Below are positions 54,399 through 63,256 of a stretch of DNA of 64,000 nucleotides, in pieces (positions within the stretch are counted from its first letter, which is position 1; each line of letters starts with the position of its first letter). Source of the DNA: Candidatus Bathyarchaeota archaeon (GTDB lineage: Archaea; Thermoproteota; Bathyarchaeia; TCS64); the NCBI GenBank assembly GCA_017883585.1, contig JADGNG010000070.1:10330-74329 (forward strand). Direction: 5' to 3'. A program made the position numbers and the translations under genes. Below the pieces are notes generated by a model that was not told the DNA's origin, did not search any database, and saw only the letters and a list, made by a program, of their open reading frames with translations.

Positions 54399-54763
54399 TA
54401 TTTATATACTGTTGAAAATATTGTTTTAGGAGTGCGCACGCACACGCGAATTACTTAAAGAGACTGACACCCGCACTAATATAAAACTGTGGAGTATAAT
54501 AACACAAGTCGATGAATTCAAAATACATATTAAAGTATCACCCTGTCGATAAACGATTACAGAACCATTCTTCTTGATTAAATCAATGAAATTATCCAAC
54601 GTATCTACATTGATACTATTATTAGGCTGAGGCACGCGCAAAATTTGAGAGTACAGTGCGGGGTGTGGTCGTGTGTAGGGAGAGAGAGTGGGGGGTAGGG
54701 GAAAGTAGCGAGATAGACCTAGTTAGTTGGAGGGTAGACGGATTTGGGTTGGGTGAAAAAGAT

Positions 54764-55147
54764 TTACTCCTTGTGGACGACGGCGCTTAGCGCGCCGCTC
54801 TGCCCGGGGCGAGAGATTATCCTGGCGAGACCCTTCTCGGTCCTCACTATTGTGCCCTTCGTGATCACGCCGCGGCGATTGTAGTCGGCGTTGGCGGGGT
54901 TGCTTATGACGTCAAGGATCTCCAGCTTCTCCGTCTTCCCGCTCTTGGGGTCGGAGACGTTTACCACATTCGCTCGGACGATCTTGATCTTCTCGATCCC
55001 CGCGCGACCGCTGACCTTCTTGAGCTTCTGCTCACCCTCGATGGTCTCGACGGGGTGTCTACCGACGTCGAATATCCTGTGAGCCCTATAGGCCCTCTTC
55101 TTTCCGCCCGTCGGCTTCCGCTTACTAAGTGTGTCGTTCCAGACCAT
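54764..55147 (-). CDS. rps8e: 30S ribosomal protein S8e
   Basis: SKRKPTGGKKRAYR... and the C-terminal ...RPGQSGALSAVV... are canonical S8e. Confidence 0.92.
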   Translation of the reverse strand: MVWNDTLSKRKPTGGKKRAYRAHRIFDVGRHPVETIEGEQKLKKVSGRAGIEKIKIVRANVVNVSDPKSGKTEKLEILDVISNPANADYNRRGVITKGTIVRTEKGLARIISRPGQSGALSAVVHKE

Positions 55148-55316
55148 TACTTGCCCCTCCTATGGAGCGAGTTGCTATAGCCGTAGAAGAGGACGGGGTA
55201 TAAAAAAGGTGTGGTTTTCGCCCGCTCTGCGCCTCGTTTTCTCCGCCTTTTTGGATAGATATATCTCTCGAAGCTCCACATATGGCTGGGATCGTGTTTT
55301 GGCTGGCGACGAATAT

Positions 55317-56324
55317 GTGAAGCTCTCCCACGGCGCGGGTGGGACGGCGATGGACGCCATAATCAAGGAGCTATTCCTCGGGGGGTTCACCAAGAGGCAG
55401 GCTCTCGGTGGCGTCGGCCTCGACGCCCTCGACGACGGGGCATCCATCAGGGTTGGGGACAGAGAGGTCGTGCTCACAATGGACGGCCACACAGTCGACC
55501 CATTATTCTTCCCCGGCGGAGACCTCGGAAAGCTAGCAGTCTGCGGAGCCGTTAATGACACGGTGGTAATGGGTGCAGACCCCGTTGCGATCCTCGACTC
55601 GATAATCGTCGAGGAGGGCTTCCCCATCGCCGACCTGAAGCGGCTCGTCGCCTCCATGAACGGGGCTGCCGAGGAGGCGGGGGTCGCTATAATCAGCGGC
55701 GACTTCAAGGTCATGCCCGCGGGCTCCCTGGACGGCATCGTCATATCCACCGCAGGCGTCGGTGTGCTGCGAGGCCTGAGGGTGCTCGACAGCCTCGCCA
55801 AGCCCGGCGACAAGGTCATAGTCACCGGCACAGTGGGTGACCACGGCATCGCCCTAATGAGCGTCCGAGAGGGGCTCAGCTTCAAGACGGAGCTGGTCTC
55901 AGACGTCTCACCCATCGTCAAGACAGTGATAGCTGCATTGAAAGTAGGGGGAGTACACGCCATGAAGGACGCAACGAGGGGCGGACTCACATCCGCTCTA
56001 AACGAATTCGCCGAAAAGTCCCACGTCAGCATCTGGCTCGAGGACGGGAAGGTTCCAGTCAAGAGGGCAGTACGGTCAGCGTCAGATATGCTCGGCCTCG
56101 ACCCCTACGAGGTCACCTGCGAGGGGAAGGCGGTCATCTGTGTGTCACATGAGACAGCGGACGCTGCATTGGCGGCAATAAAGGCTACAAAGTACGGAGT
56201 TGAAGCAGAGATAATCGGCGAGGTGAAGGCAGACCACCCCGGCATGGTCCTGATGAAGACCCTAATCGGCGGTACGAGGATACTGAGAAAGCCGATAGGG
56301 GAACCCATCCCTCGCGTCTGCTAA
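55317..56324 (+). CDS. hypE: hydrogenase expression/formation protein HypE
   Basis: GTG start in frame with the tracked ORF 55131..56324. KLSHGAGG, DGHTVDPLFFPGGD, and a C-terminal ...PIPRVC (the HypE PRxC carbamoyl/cyano carrier Cys). Confidence 0.88.
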   Translation: MKLSHGAGGTAMDAIIKELFLGGFTKRQALGGVGLDALDDGASIRVGDREVVLTMDGHTVDPLFFPGGDLGKLAVCGAVNDTVVMGADPVAILDSIIVEEGFPIADLKRLVASMNGAAEEAGVAIISGDFKVMPAGSLDGIVISTAGVGVLRGLRVLDSLAKPGDKVIVTGTVGDHGIALMSVREGLSFKTELVSDVSPIVKTVIAALKVGGVHAMKDATRGGLTSALNEFAEKSHVSIWLEDGKVPVKRAVRSASDMLGLDPYEVTCEGKAVICVSHETADAALAAIKATKYGVEAEIIGEVKADHPGMVLMKTLIGGTRILRKPIGEPIPRVC

Positions 56325-56875
56325 CCTCTGGCGACGAGCTCCGGGTGCAGACTGCTGAACAACTGGATAATCTGCTGCCTGCTCTTCTCCGGGTCCTGGC
56401 TTAGCTCGAAGTAATCGGAGAAGAAGGGCGTCGTCTTTATAATCACACCCCTCTCCATCCTCTCCCTGCTAATTAGAGCCATGTCCTCCAGCAGCCTGAG
56501 CTGACTGTAGATGTGGACACCGCGGTAGTCGAGGACCTGCGCCTGCTCGATAGGTTGGTTGTATGCGATGTAGCCCAGGGTCTTGAGGGGGCCGACTGTG
56601 AGGAGCGGCCTGTTCGTGATCTGACGCACCATTCTGCCGTACTCGGGCCGGAGCTGCATCGCCACTCTGTTCCCGGGCAGCGTCTTGACCTCAAGCGCCC
56701 TGCCGCGCGCATTAAGCTTGTCGGCCAGTTCCTCGACATAGCGAAGCACAATCCTCTCAGACCTGCTACCCAGCGCCTGCATGAGCTCCTCCATGTCCAG
56801 CGGGTGCCCCGCAGAGTAGAGCGCCGCCTCAAGCTCCGTCAGCTTGACCTGCCTCTTATCCGATATGGTCATCAA
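56321..56875 (-). CDS. scpB: segregation and condensation protein B
   Basis: Two winged-helix halves (LEAALYSAGHPLDMEEL...; GPLKTLGYIAYNQPIEQAQV..YRG). It overlaps scpA by 4 nt. Confidence 0.85.
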   Translation of the reverse strand: MMTISDKRQVKLTELEAALYSAGHPLDMEELMQALGSRSERIVLRYVEELADKLNARGRALEVKTLPGNRVAMQLRPEYGRMVRQITNRPLLTVGPLKTLGYIAYNQPIEQAQVLDYRGVHIYSQLRLLEDMALISRERMERGVIIKTTPFFSDYFELSQDPEKSRQQIIQLFSSLHPELVARG

Positions 56876-57534
56876 AGATTCTTCGCCCTCACCTTGATCG
56901 TTACATCCATCTCCTCCTCGTCCTGGTCGAGGTCGATCTCCATCCTCTGCGCGAGGAAGAGGAGCATCATGAATAGCCTCACGGCGTCGAGCCAGCCCAG
57001 ACCTGCTATCATCTTGCTGAGTCTAAGCTCTGAGTCAGCTGTCACCCTCATCTTCTCCAGCAGCTCGTCGCTCCGCGCCTCCACCTCTAGGAGGTACGTC
57101 TCGAAGTCGAGGAAGTTGGGGACCGGGATGGGTAACGTCGGGAGCCTGGGCACCTCACCGTGGCCACTCTCCTCCTGAAGAGCGCGCTCTAGGGCGTTAA
57201 TCAGGTCCTGAACAGAGGTGGTCGTGAACTCGAACCTGAATGGGAGCGGCACAGGTGGTGGCAAGTAGACCTCCCTGCGCTCCTCCGGTGGCACCGGGGG
57301 CTCCTCCATCGCAAGAAGGAGCTCCGCCTTCTTCAAGTAGATGTAGACTGAACTGTTCACCGCCGTGCCAGCTATTCTGTAGTCGATACCGACGCGCTCC
57401 ATCTCCACAAGCAAGCTTGTGAGAAGCTGGACGAGGTTGATGTCCCAGGGGCTCACCTTCTCCAACTTGTTCTCCTTGAAGAGAATGTCCCATGGCTGGC
57501 GGAGGTAGTATGGCTTCTCCTTCCTCTCGGTCAT
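56872..57534 (-). CDS. scpA: segregation and condensation protein A (kleisin)
   Basis: 220 aa. The N-terminal WDINLVQLLTSLL region and C-terminal winged helix (AVRLFMMLLFLAQ) are typical of ScpA. It overlaps the smc stop by 4 nt. Confidence 0.8.
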   Translation of the reverse strand: MTERKEKPYYLRQPWDILFKENKLEKVSPWDINLVQLLTSLLVEMERVGIDYRIAGTAVNSSVYIYLKKAELLLAMEEPPVPPEERREVYLPPPVPLPFRFEFTTTSVQDLINALERALQEESGHGEVPRLPTLPIPVPNFLDFETYLLEVEARSDELLEKMRVTADSELRLSKMIAGLGWLDAVRLFMMLLFLAQRMEIDLDQDEEEMDVTIKVRAKNL

Positions 57535-60500
57535 GGAGTCGTCTCCTCAACCTTCTGCGGCCCTCTCATGGGGAGGGCGAGGACGCGGCTCCTGCCGCCC
57601 TGCGCGAAGACGCCATATATCCGGTCCGCCTTGTGGACCATCACGTCCTTGAGGCTTACCATGAGGAACTGGGCCTCGTTGCTGTTGTCCTTGAGTACCT
57701 CGGCGAGCCTGCTTGTGTTGATGTCATCGAGGTGGGCGTCTATCTCGTCGAAGAGGTAGAACGGGGCCTTGAGGAACTTCTGAATAGCGAGCAGATAGGC
57801 GATGGCGGCTACAGACCTCTCGCCACCCGAGGCGCCGCTCCCGAGCCTCATCGGCTTACCCGGGAACTGGAGGTAGAGGTCGACGCCCCCACTGAAGGGA
57901 TCCTCGGGCTTCTGCAGCTCTAGCCTGCCGTCGCCGCCACCCGTGACGCGGCTGAAGAGGTGACTGAAGTTCTCGCACACCTCGTTGAAGGCCGCCATGA
58001 AGTGCTCGGTCTTGTCCTTCTCCACCCGCTCGATGAACTTGAGGATACCCGCTTTCTCTTCCTCGAGCTCGTTGATCCTCGTACTCTGGCTCTTGTAGTT
58101 GTTCATGTACTCGTCGTAGTGGTCGAGGGCGAGCTGGTTGACTGCGCCGAGACCATTCTTCTCCTGGCGGACGAGCTGGAGGCGCCCGTCGACGCGCTCG
58201 AGCTCCACACCGACGATATCTACTTTATCTTCGTACCCGTTGGCGGCGAGCTCGTCGAGGCGCTGCTCACTTTGCAGCTTGAGGCGCTCGATGTCGAGGC
58301 TGAGCTGGTTCATTCTCTTGTCCTCGGCTTCACGCCTTCTCTCCAGGTCCTCCATCCTCTGGTTGATCATGCGGAGAGTCTTCTGATGCTGGTCGAGGAC
58401 CTTACTTGTCGCCTCAACCTCGGTGGACACCGCGTCGAGGTCCCGTCCGACGGACTCTATCTCCCTGTTGACCTCTAGGATGCGTTGGTTGGAACGGATC
58501 TGCTCGTCCTCCAGCGATTTTAGCTCCTCCAGCATCCTCCGCTTCTGCTCGGAGGCCTCGGACATGCGGAGAGTCAGGATTCGCTCGATGTAGCTCCTCT
58601 GGACGGCGATCTCGTTCTGGATCTTGTTAACCTGCTCCTGCTGCTCGGAGATGAACTTGGAAAGTGAGGCGTTCTTGATCTCCAGGTCCGTGACATCACT
58701 AGGCTTGAATTCCTTGAGACGGGCGATCTCTGTCTTCGCGCCCTCGATCTGCTTGAGGATGCGTTGCTTCCTCTCCACGAGTGCTGTGATGATCCCCTGC
58801 TCGCGCTCCGCCTCAGCCCGGTACTTCGCTATAGTCTCGTCGGCCTGGGCGAGGGTCTTTTGGAAGCGCTCGATCCTCTCATTCGTGTCGACGACCTCGA
58901 TGTCGATCTTTGACATTGTCTCCTTGGAGCCATCCATGAAGGAGTTGAAGCCCCGGAGGTTGCCACCGCTCGACTTGAGCTCCGACATGCGCGTCTTGAG
59001 CTTCTGGCGGAGGTCCTTGATCGTCTTGGAGAGGCTGTCTATAGACTCCTCGGTGGGGATGAGCTTAGAGTAGTCGGGGGGCCTCCTGTAGAACCCTCCC
59101 TTGATGCCCCCGCCCGACTCGTAGACGTCACCCGTGATCGTCACGGCCCTGTGACCGGCAGCTACGACCTTGAGCGCTGCTGAGTCGTCCTTTACGAGGT
59201 AGGTGTCCCCCCAGATGAGGTGGACGACGGGGCTGTAGGTCTCATCACACCTGATGAGCTCGCTGAGTGCTCCGACGACGCCGTCCTCGACGATCTCGGG
59301 TAACGGCTCGGGTTTATCAAGCTGGTCGAGCGGAATGAACTTGGTCATCCCGAGCTTGGTCTTCTTGAGCCTGTCGACGCAATTCAGGGCGGTGACGACA
59401 TCGTCAACTACAACGGCGTTTATCCAGCCCTCGGCCACCGAGTAGACGGCGCGCTGGTTGAGGAGGTCTACCTTTATGAGGCTGCGTAGCGGGCCGTGGT
59501 AGCCGGTGAGGGCCCCTGCCTCACCGATCTCCCTGATCCTCTCGAGAGCCCGCTCCTCGACGACCATGCGCCTCCAGAGGTCGCGCTTCGCCGAGAACTC
59601 GGTGATTGTGCTCTCGGCCTCCTTGGCGAGGTCGTTCGCGCTCTCGATTGTGTTTCTGAGGTCCCTCTGGTGCTTTATCTGGTCCTCGATGTTGCCGAGC
59701 ATCTCCTCGAGGCGAACCGCCTCCTGGGACTTGAGGGAGGCGTACTCCGAGAGCTTCGTCTGGAGACTCTCGATCGTCTTGCCGTACTCGAGCTTGCGGC
59801 CCTCGATGTCGGCCGCCTTGTCGACGCTTGTGGTGATGCCCGTCCGGTGGTTGTTGATCTCGATTTCTATGCCGCTGAGGCTCTCCTGCATGGGGACGAG
59901 GCTCTCGGTGAGCTCCTCGTTCCGTCTCTGGTTCACCCCCGCGGACTCGCGGGAACTGGTGATCGTCTGAGAGTAGCCCTCAAGTTCATATCTGTTTGCT
60001 GCGAGCTGCTCCACGAGCTGCCCTTCGGATGCCTGGAGGGATTCAAGTGATTTCCTCCGCTCGGATATCTCGCCCTCGGTTGCCTTTGCCTCCTGCTCCT
60101 TCTCGGCGATGAGGTTGTCGAGCTGGCCACGGCGGGTCTCTATCTCCCTGAGGCGGTTGGTGAGTCCATTGGCCAGGGTCTGCCTACTGACCAGGTCGGA
60201 CTTGAGCATGGGTAGGCGGGTGTTACCGCGCTCGGCAGCCTCGCGGTTGAACTCCTCTATCCTGTTGCGGGCGGCTTCTCTCTCCTCCCTGAGTTGGGTC
60301 TTCTCCTCCTCGAGCTTCGCAGCCTCGGCCTCGCGCCCCCTCATCTGGGTCATGAGGACGCCAAGCTTCTCCTCGAGCTGATTGATCTGGAAGCTAAGCT
60401 TCACGGCTGTGAGGCGTTTCTCCTCCCGGCTGAGGTGGTTGAATCTGAGGGCGTCGTTCCTCTGCCGCTCAAGCTCTGTGACTCGTTTCCTTACCTCGTC

Positions 60501-61094
60501 GATGCGGGCGGCGGATATCTCTATCTTCCTCTCCGCCTCGGTGAGGCGCCCCTTTGCCTCGGACTTCTTCTCGTCATATTCCTTTATGCCGATGAGGTCC
60601 TCGAGGGCATCCATACGCTCGCTGGGAGTCAGGTCACTCAGCCGAGTCGCCGTGCCTTGTAGGACGATGTTATAACCGCCGGGGGTGATACCCGCAAGGT
60701 GGAGGAGGTCGAGCACCGCCTTCCTGCTCGTGCGCTTCCCGTTGAGGTAGTAGTCACTCTTCCCTTCCCTGTCGACCTTTCGCCCGATGCTGACCTGTGT
60801 CCTATCGGAGGCGAGGCCGCGGTCGGTGTTGTCGAAGTAGATGGTGACCTGGGAGATCTGGGGCTTGTTCTTGTCCTCCTCGCCAGCGCCGTCGTAGATG
60901 AGTCCAGAGAAGTCGGGGACCCTCATCCTCTTCGAGGCGAGCTCACCGAGGACGAACTGGACCGCGTCAATGATATTGCTCTTCCCGCTTCCGTTGGGGC
61001 CAGTTATAACGTTGAATCCCTGTTGAAAATTTAGCTTGATCTGGCCGCCGAACGACTTGAAGTTCTTGACCAGTATCTTGCTTATGTATACCGT
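57531..61094 (-). CDS. smc: chromosome segregation protein SMC (true 5' end upstream of the tracked ORF)
   Basis: The tracked ORF 57531..60926 carries the coiled coils, hinge (GYHGPL...), signature LSGGE-type region (GASGGERSV) and Walker B (FYLFDEIDAHLD). The same frame stays open upstream and encodes TVYISKILVKNFKSFGG...NVITGPNGSGKSNIIDAV (Walker A), with no ATG/GTG/TTG before 60926. Confidence 0.9.
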   Translation of the reverse strand, partial: TVYISKILVKNFKSFGGQIKLNFQQGFNVITGPNGSGKSNIIDAVQFVLGELASKRMRVPDFSGLIYDGAGEEDKNKPQISQVTIYFDNTDRGLASDRTQVSIGRKVDREGKSDYYLNGKRTSRKAVLDLLHLAGITPGGYNIVLQGTATRLSDLTPSERMDALEDLIGIKEYDEKKSEAKGRLTEAERKIEISAARIDEVRKRVTELERQRNDALRFNHLSREEKRLTAVKLSFQINQLEEKLGVLMTQMRGREAEAAKLEEEKTQLREEREAARNRIEEFNREAAERGNTRLPMLKSDLVSRQTLANGLTNRLREIETRRGQLDNLIAEKEQEAKATEGEISERRKSLESLQASEGQLVEQLAANRYELEGYSQTITSSRESAGVNQRRNEELTESLVPMQESLSGIEIEINNHRTGITTSVDKAADIEGRKLEYGKTIESLQTKLSEYASLKSQEAVRLEEMLGNIEDQIKHQRDLRNTIESANDLAKEAESTITEFSAKRDLWRRMVVEERALERIREIGEAGALTGYHGPLRSLIKVDLLNQRAVYSVAEGWINAVVVDDVVTALNCVDRLKKTKLGMTKFIPLDQLDKPEPLPEIVEDGVVGALSELIRCDETYSPVVHLIWGDTYLVKDDSAALKVVAAGHRAVTITGDVYESGGGIKGGFYRRPPDYSKLIPTEESIDSLSKTIKDLRQKLKTRMSELKSSGGNLRGFNSFMDGSKETMSKIDIEVVDTNERIERFQKTLAQADETIAKYRAEAEREQGIITALVERKQRILKQIEGAKTEIARLKEFKPSDVTDLEIKNASLSKFISEQQEQVNKIQNEIAVQRSYIERILTLRMSEASEQKRRMLEELKSLEDEQIRSNQRILEVNREIESVGRDLDAVSTEVEATSKVLDQHQKTLRMINQRMEDLERRREAEDKRMNQLSLDIERLKLQSEQRLDELAANGYEDKVDIVGVELERVDGRLQLVRQEKNGLGAVNQLALDHYDEYMNNYKSQSTRINELEEEKAGILKFIERVEKDKTEHFMAAFNEVCENFSHLFSRVTGGGDGRLELQKPEDPFSGGVDLYLQFPGKPMRLGSGASGGERSVAAIAYLLAIQKFLKAPFYLFDEIDAHLDDINTSRLAEVLKDNSNEAQFLMVSLKDVMVHKADRIYGVFAQGGRSRVLALPMRGPQKVEETTP

Positions 61095-61346
61095 TTTCCG
61101 TCCCCTCGATTGCGGGCTGTCCCCTCATCTGACTAGGCAATTACCCTCGGGCGATCGCTTTAATTACCATAATCCTGTAAATGATTCAAGTCTGATGTTC
61201 GGGATGGGCATGTTTATGCCAGTATTACTACGTATTATTGTTGGATTATGGTTGATGTTCATCGTCTCCCGTGGGGGTTGCTCTCATCAGCTGAGAACAT
61301 CATAAGCTTCGTCGCTTTTTTAAACCTTCCCCACCAGGATTAACCA

Positions 61347-62417
61347 ATGCCCAACAGGATAACCAAACTCGCAGATAAAGCAGCCGAGCGCGGACTAGAC
61401 GCATACATAGTCGCGAGGCCCCAGAACATCCGGTATTATACCGGTAGTATTGGGGGAAGCTTCCTAATCGTAGCACCCGACTCATATCCCCTTCTCCAAG
61501 TCACGGTACTCGACGAAAACGTCACCAGAGACCAAGCCAGGGGCTGCCGCGTAGAGACCTACTCCCCCACAGGTCTCATGAATCGGCTGGCCGATGAGCT
61601 CAGGGGGAAACGATGCCGCTCGGTGGGGTTTGACGAGCTTCCCCTATCATTTATCGACCGCGTGGGGAAAAGGCTCCCCGAAGTCGCCTTCAGACAGGAT
61701 CAGGACGTCGTCTGGTCTCAGAGGATCGTGAAAGACGCGGGTGAGGTGAAGGTGATGGGTGAAGCGGGTAGGCTCGCTGATGCAGCGATGGAGGCGCTCT
61801 GGGAGAAGCTGGTGGTGGGTGTCACCGAGCATCAGCTCGCCGCGGAGGCGTCGTACGCAATGATAAGGGAGGGGGCGGAGGCGCACGCCTTTGAGTTCAC
61901 GGTAGGCTCGGGGCCAAGATCGGCGTACCCCCACGCATCCAGCACAGTGAGGAAGATCGAGAAAGGCGATCTAATAGTCGTTGACATCGGTTCTACGTAC
62001 CAAGGGTACTGCTCGGACATCACGAGGACATTTATCGCCGGGAAGCCAGACGCAAAAAGAAGAGATTTATACGAGACAGTTCTACGATCCCACGACGCCA
62101 CGTATGCTGTGATGAGACCGGGCGCTGTATGCAGAGACGTAGACTCGGTCTCCCGGAGGGTAATCGAGGACGCGGGGTACGGCCCCAACTACATCCACTC
62201 CCTCGGTCACGGCGTCGGCCTTGAGATACACGAGCCACCGGCAGTAAGCCAGAGGAGCAACGAGACACTAATGGCGGGCAATGTCGTCTCCGATGAACCC
62301 GGCATCTACATCCACGGCTTCGGAGGAGTCAGGATCGAGGACACCGTTTTAATAACAAGGAACGGTGCAAGGAGACTCACGGACTTCCCGAGGGACTTCG
62401 AGAAGGCTATCTTCTAG
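61347..62417 (+). CDS. M24 family Xaa-Pro (di/amino)peptidase
   Basis: Creatinase-like N-domain and the pita-bread metal ligands in VVDIGSTYQGYCSDITRT, HSLGHGVGLEIHEPP and VVSDEPGIY...GGVRIED. Confidence 0.88.
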   Translation: MPNRITKLADKAAERGLDAYIVARPQNIRYYTGSIGGSFLIVAPDSYPLLQVTVLDENVTRDQARGCRVETYSPTGLMNRLADELRGKRCRSVGFDELPLSFIDRVGKRLPEVAFRQDQDVVWSQRIVKDAGEVKVMGEAGRLADAAMEALWEKLVVGVTEHQLAAEASYAMIREGAEAHAFEFTVGSGPRSAYPHASSTVRKIEKGDLIVVDIGSTYQGYCSDITRTFIAGKPDAKRRDLYETVLRSHDATYAVMRPGAVCRDVDSVSRRVIEDAGYGPNYIHSLGHGVGLEIHEPPAVSQRSNETLMAGNVVSDEPGIYIHGFGGVRIEDTVLITRNGARRLTDFPRDFEKAIF

Positions 62418-63200
62418 CTACCTTCCGTATCGCCTGTTTCTCTGCTGGTAATTCCTTATTACCCTCTGCAGGTCTATTTCCCTGAAGTCGGGCCAGTAGA
62501 CATCGACTATGAAGAGCTCGCTGTAGGCCGCCTGCCAGAGGAGGAAGTTGCTCAGTCGGGACTCGTTACCCGTCCTGATTATTAGGTCGGGGTCCTGTTG
62601 GGGGAGGTCCTTTGTGTAGAGGTGCTCCGCAATGAGGTCTTCGTTTATCTGTTGGGGCTCGAGTTTCCCCTCCTTCACGAGCTCCGCAAGCTCCCGCGTG
62701 GCGTCAACTATCTCGGCTCGGCCACCATAGGCGAGGGCGATGTTGAGGTAGAACTTGTTATAATCCTTTGTCTCCTGCTCGACCTCCGCGATGAGTTTCT
62801 GCAGGTTCTCTGGCAGGAGGTTTCTACGTCCAATCGCCATAACGTGGACGCCGTCCTTCTCTATCACATCCGATGCGAGGACGTCTCGGAGCGCTTTCTC
62901 ATAGATCTTCATCAGCTCCGCGACCTCCTTCTCGTTTCGTTTGAAGTTTTCAGTCGAGAAGGCGTAGAGTGTTAGGGTAGTTATGTTGAGGTTGAGGCAC
63001 CACTCGAGGAACTCCTTGACGTGCTCACCACCAACCCAGTGCCCCTCCCACGGCTCCAGGTTCTGCCCCCTCGCCCAGCGCCGGTTACCGTCGAGGATAA
63101 TGCCGATGTGGCGGGGCATCTCGCTGCTTTTCACCTGGCTCTTCAACCAGCGCCCGTAAACCTTGTAGACGCCGAGCGCAGTGAGGAGGTCTTTGAGCAT
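62418..63200 (-). CDS. uppS: cis-prenyltransferase, undecaprenyl diphosphate synthase family
   Basis: PRHIGIILDGNRRWA, LTLYAFSTENFKR, and a C-terminal RTGNESRLSNFLLWQAAYSEL. Confidence 0.92.
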   Translation of the reverse strand: MLKDLLTALGVYKVYGRWLKSQVKSSEMPRHIGIILDGNRRWARGQNLEPWEGHWVGGEHVKEFLEWCLNLNITTLTLYAFSTENFKRNEKEVAELMKIYEKALRDVLASDVIEKDGVHVMAIGRRNLLPENLQKLIAEVEQETKDYNKFYLNIALAYGGRAEIVDATRELAELVKEGKLEPQQINEDLIAEHLYTKDLPQQDPDLIIRTGNESRLSNFLLWQAAYSELFIVDVYWPDFREIDLQRVIRNYQQRNRRYGR

Positions 63201-63256
63201 CGCTCTTCAAGGTAGGGGCGTGGTCCGCCGGATAAAACCTTGACTAATGGCATCGA

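Noticed and set aside
55175-56062. 295-aa ORF antisense to hypE
   Set aside because: It is a shadow ORF of a strongly supported gene. The translation is Ser/Pro/Thr-rich and motif-free.
61036-61305. 89-aa plus-strand ORF in the smc/peptidase divergent region
   Set aside because: Its first third overlaps the conserved SMC Walker-A coding segment on the opposite strand. Only the last 35 residues or so look like a TM helix, which is not enough evidence to call a gene.
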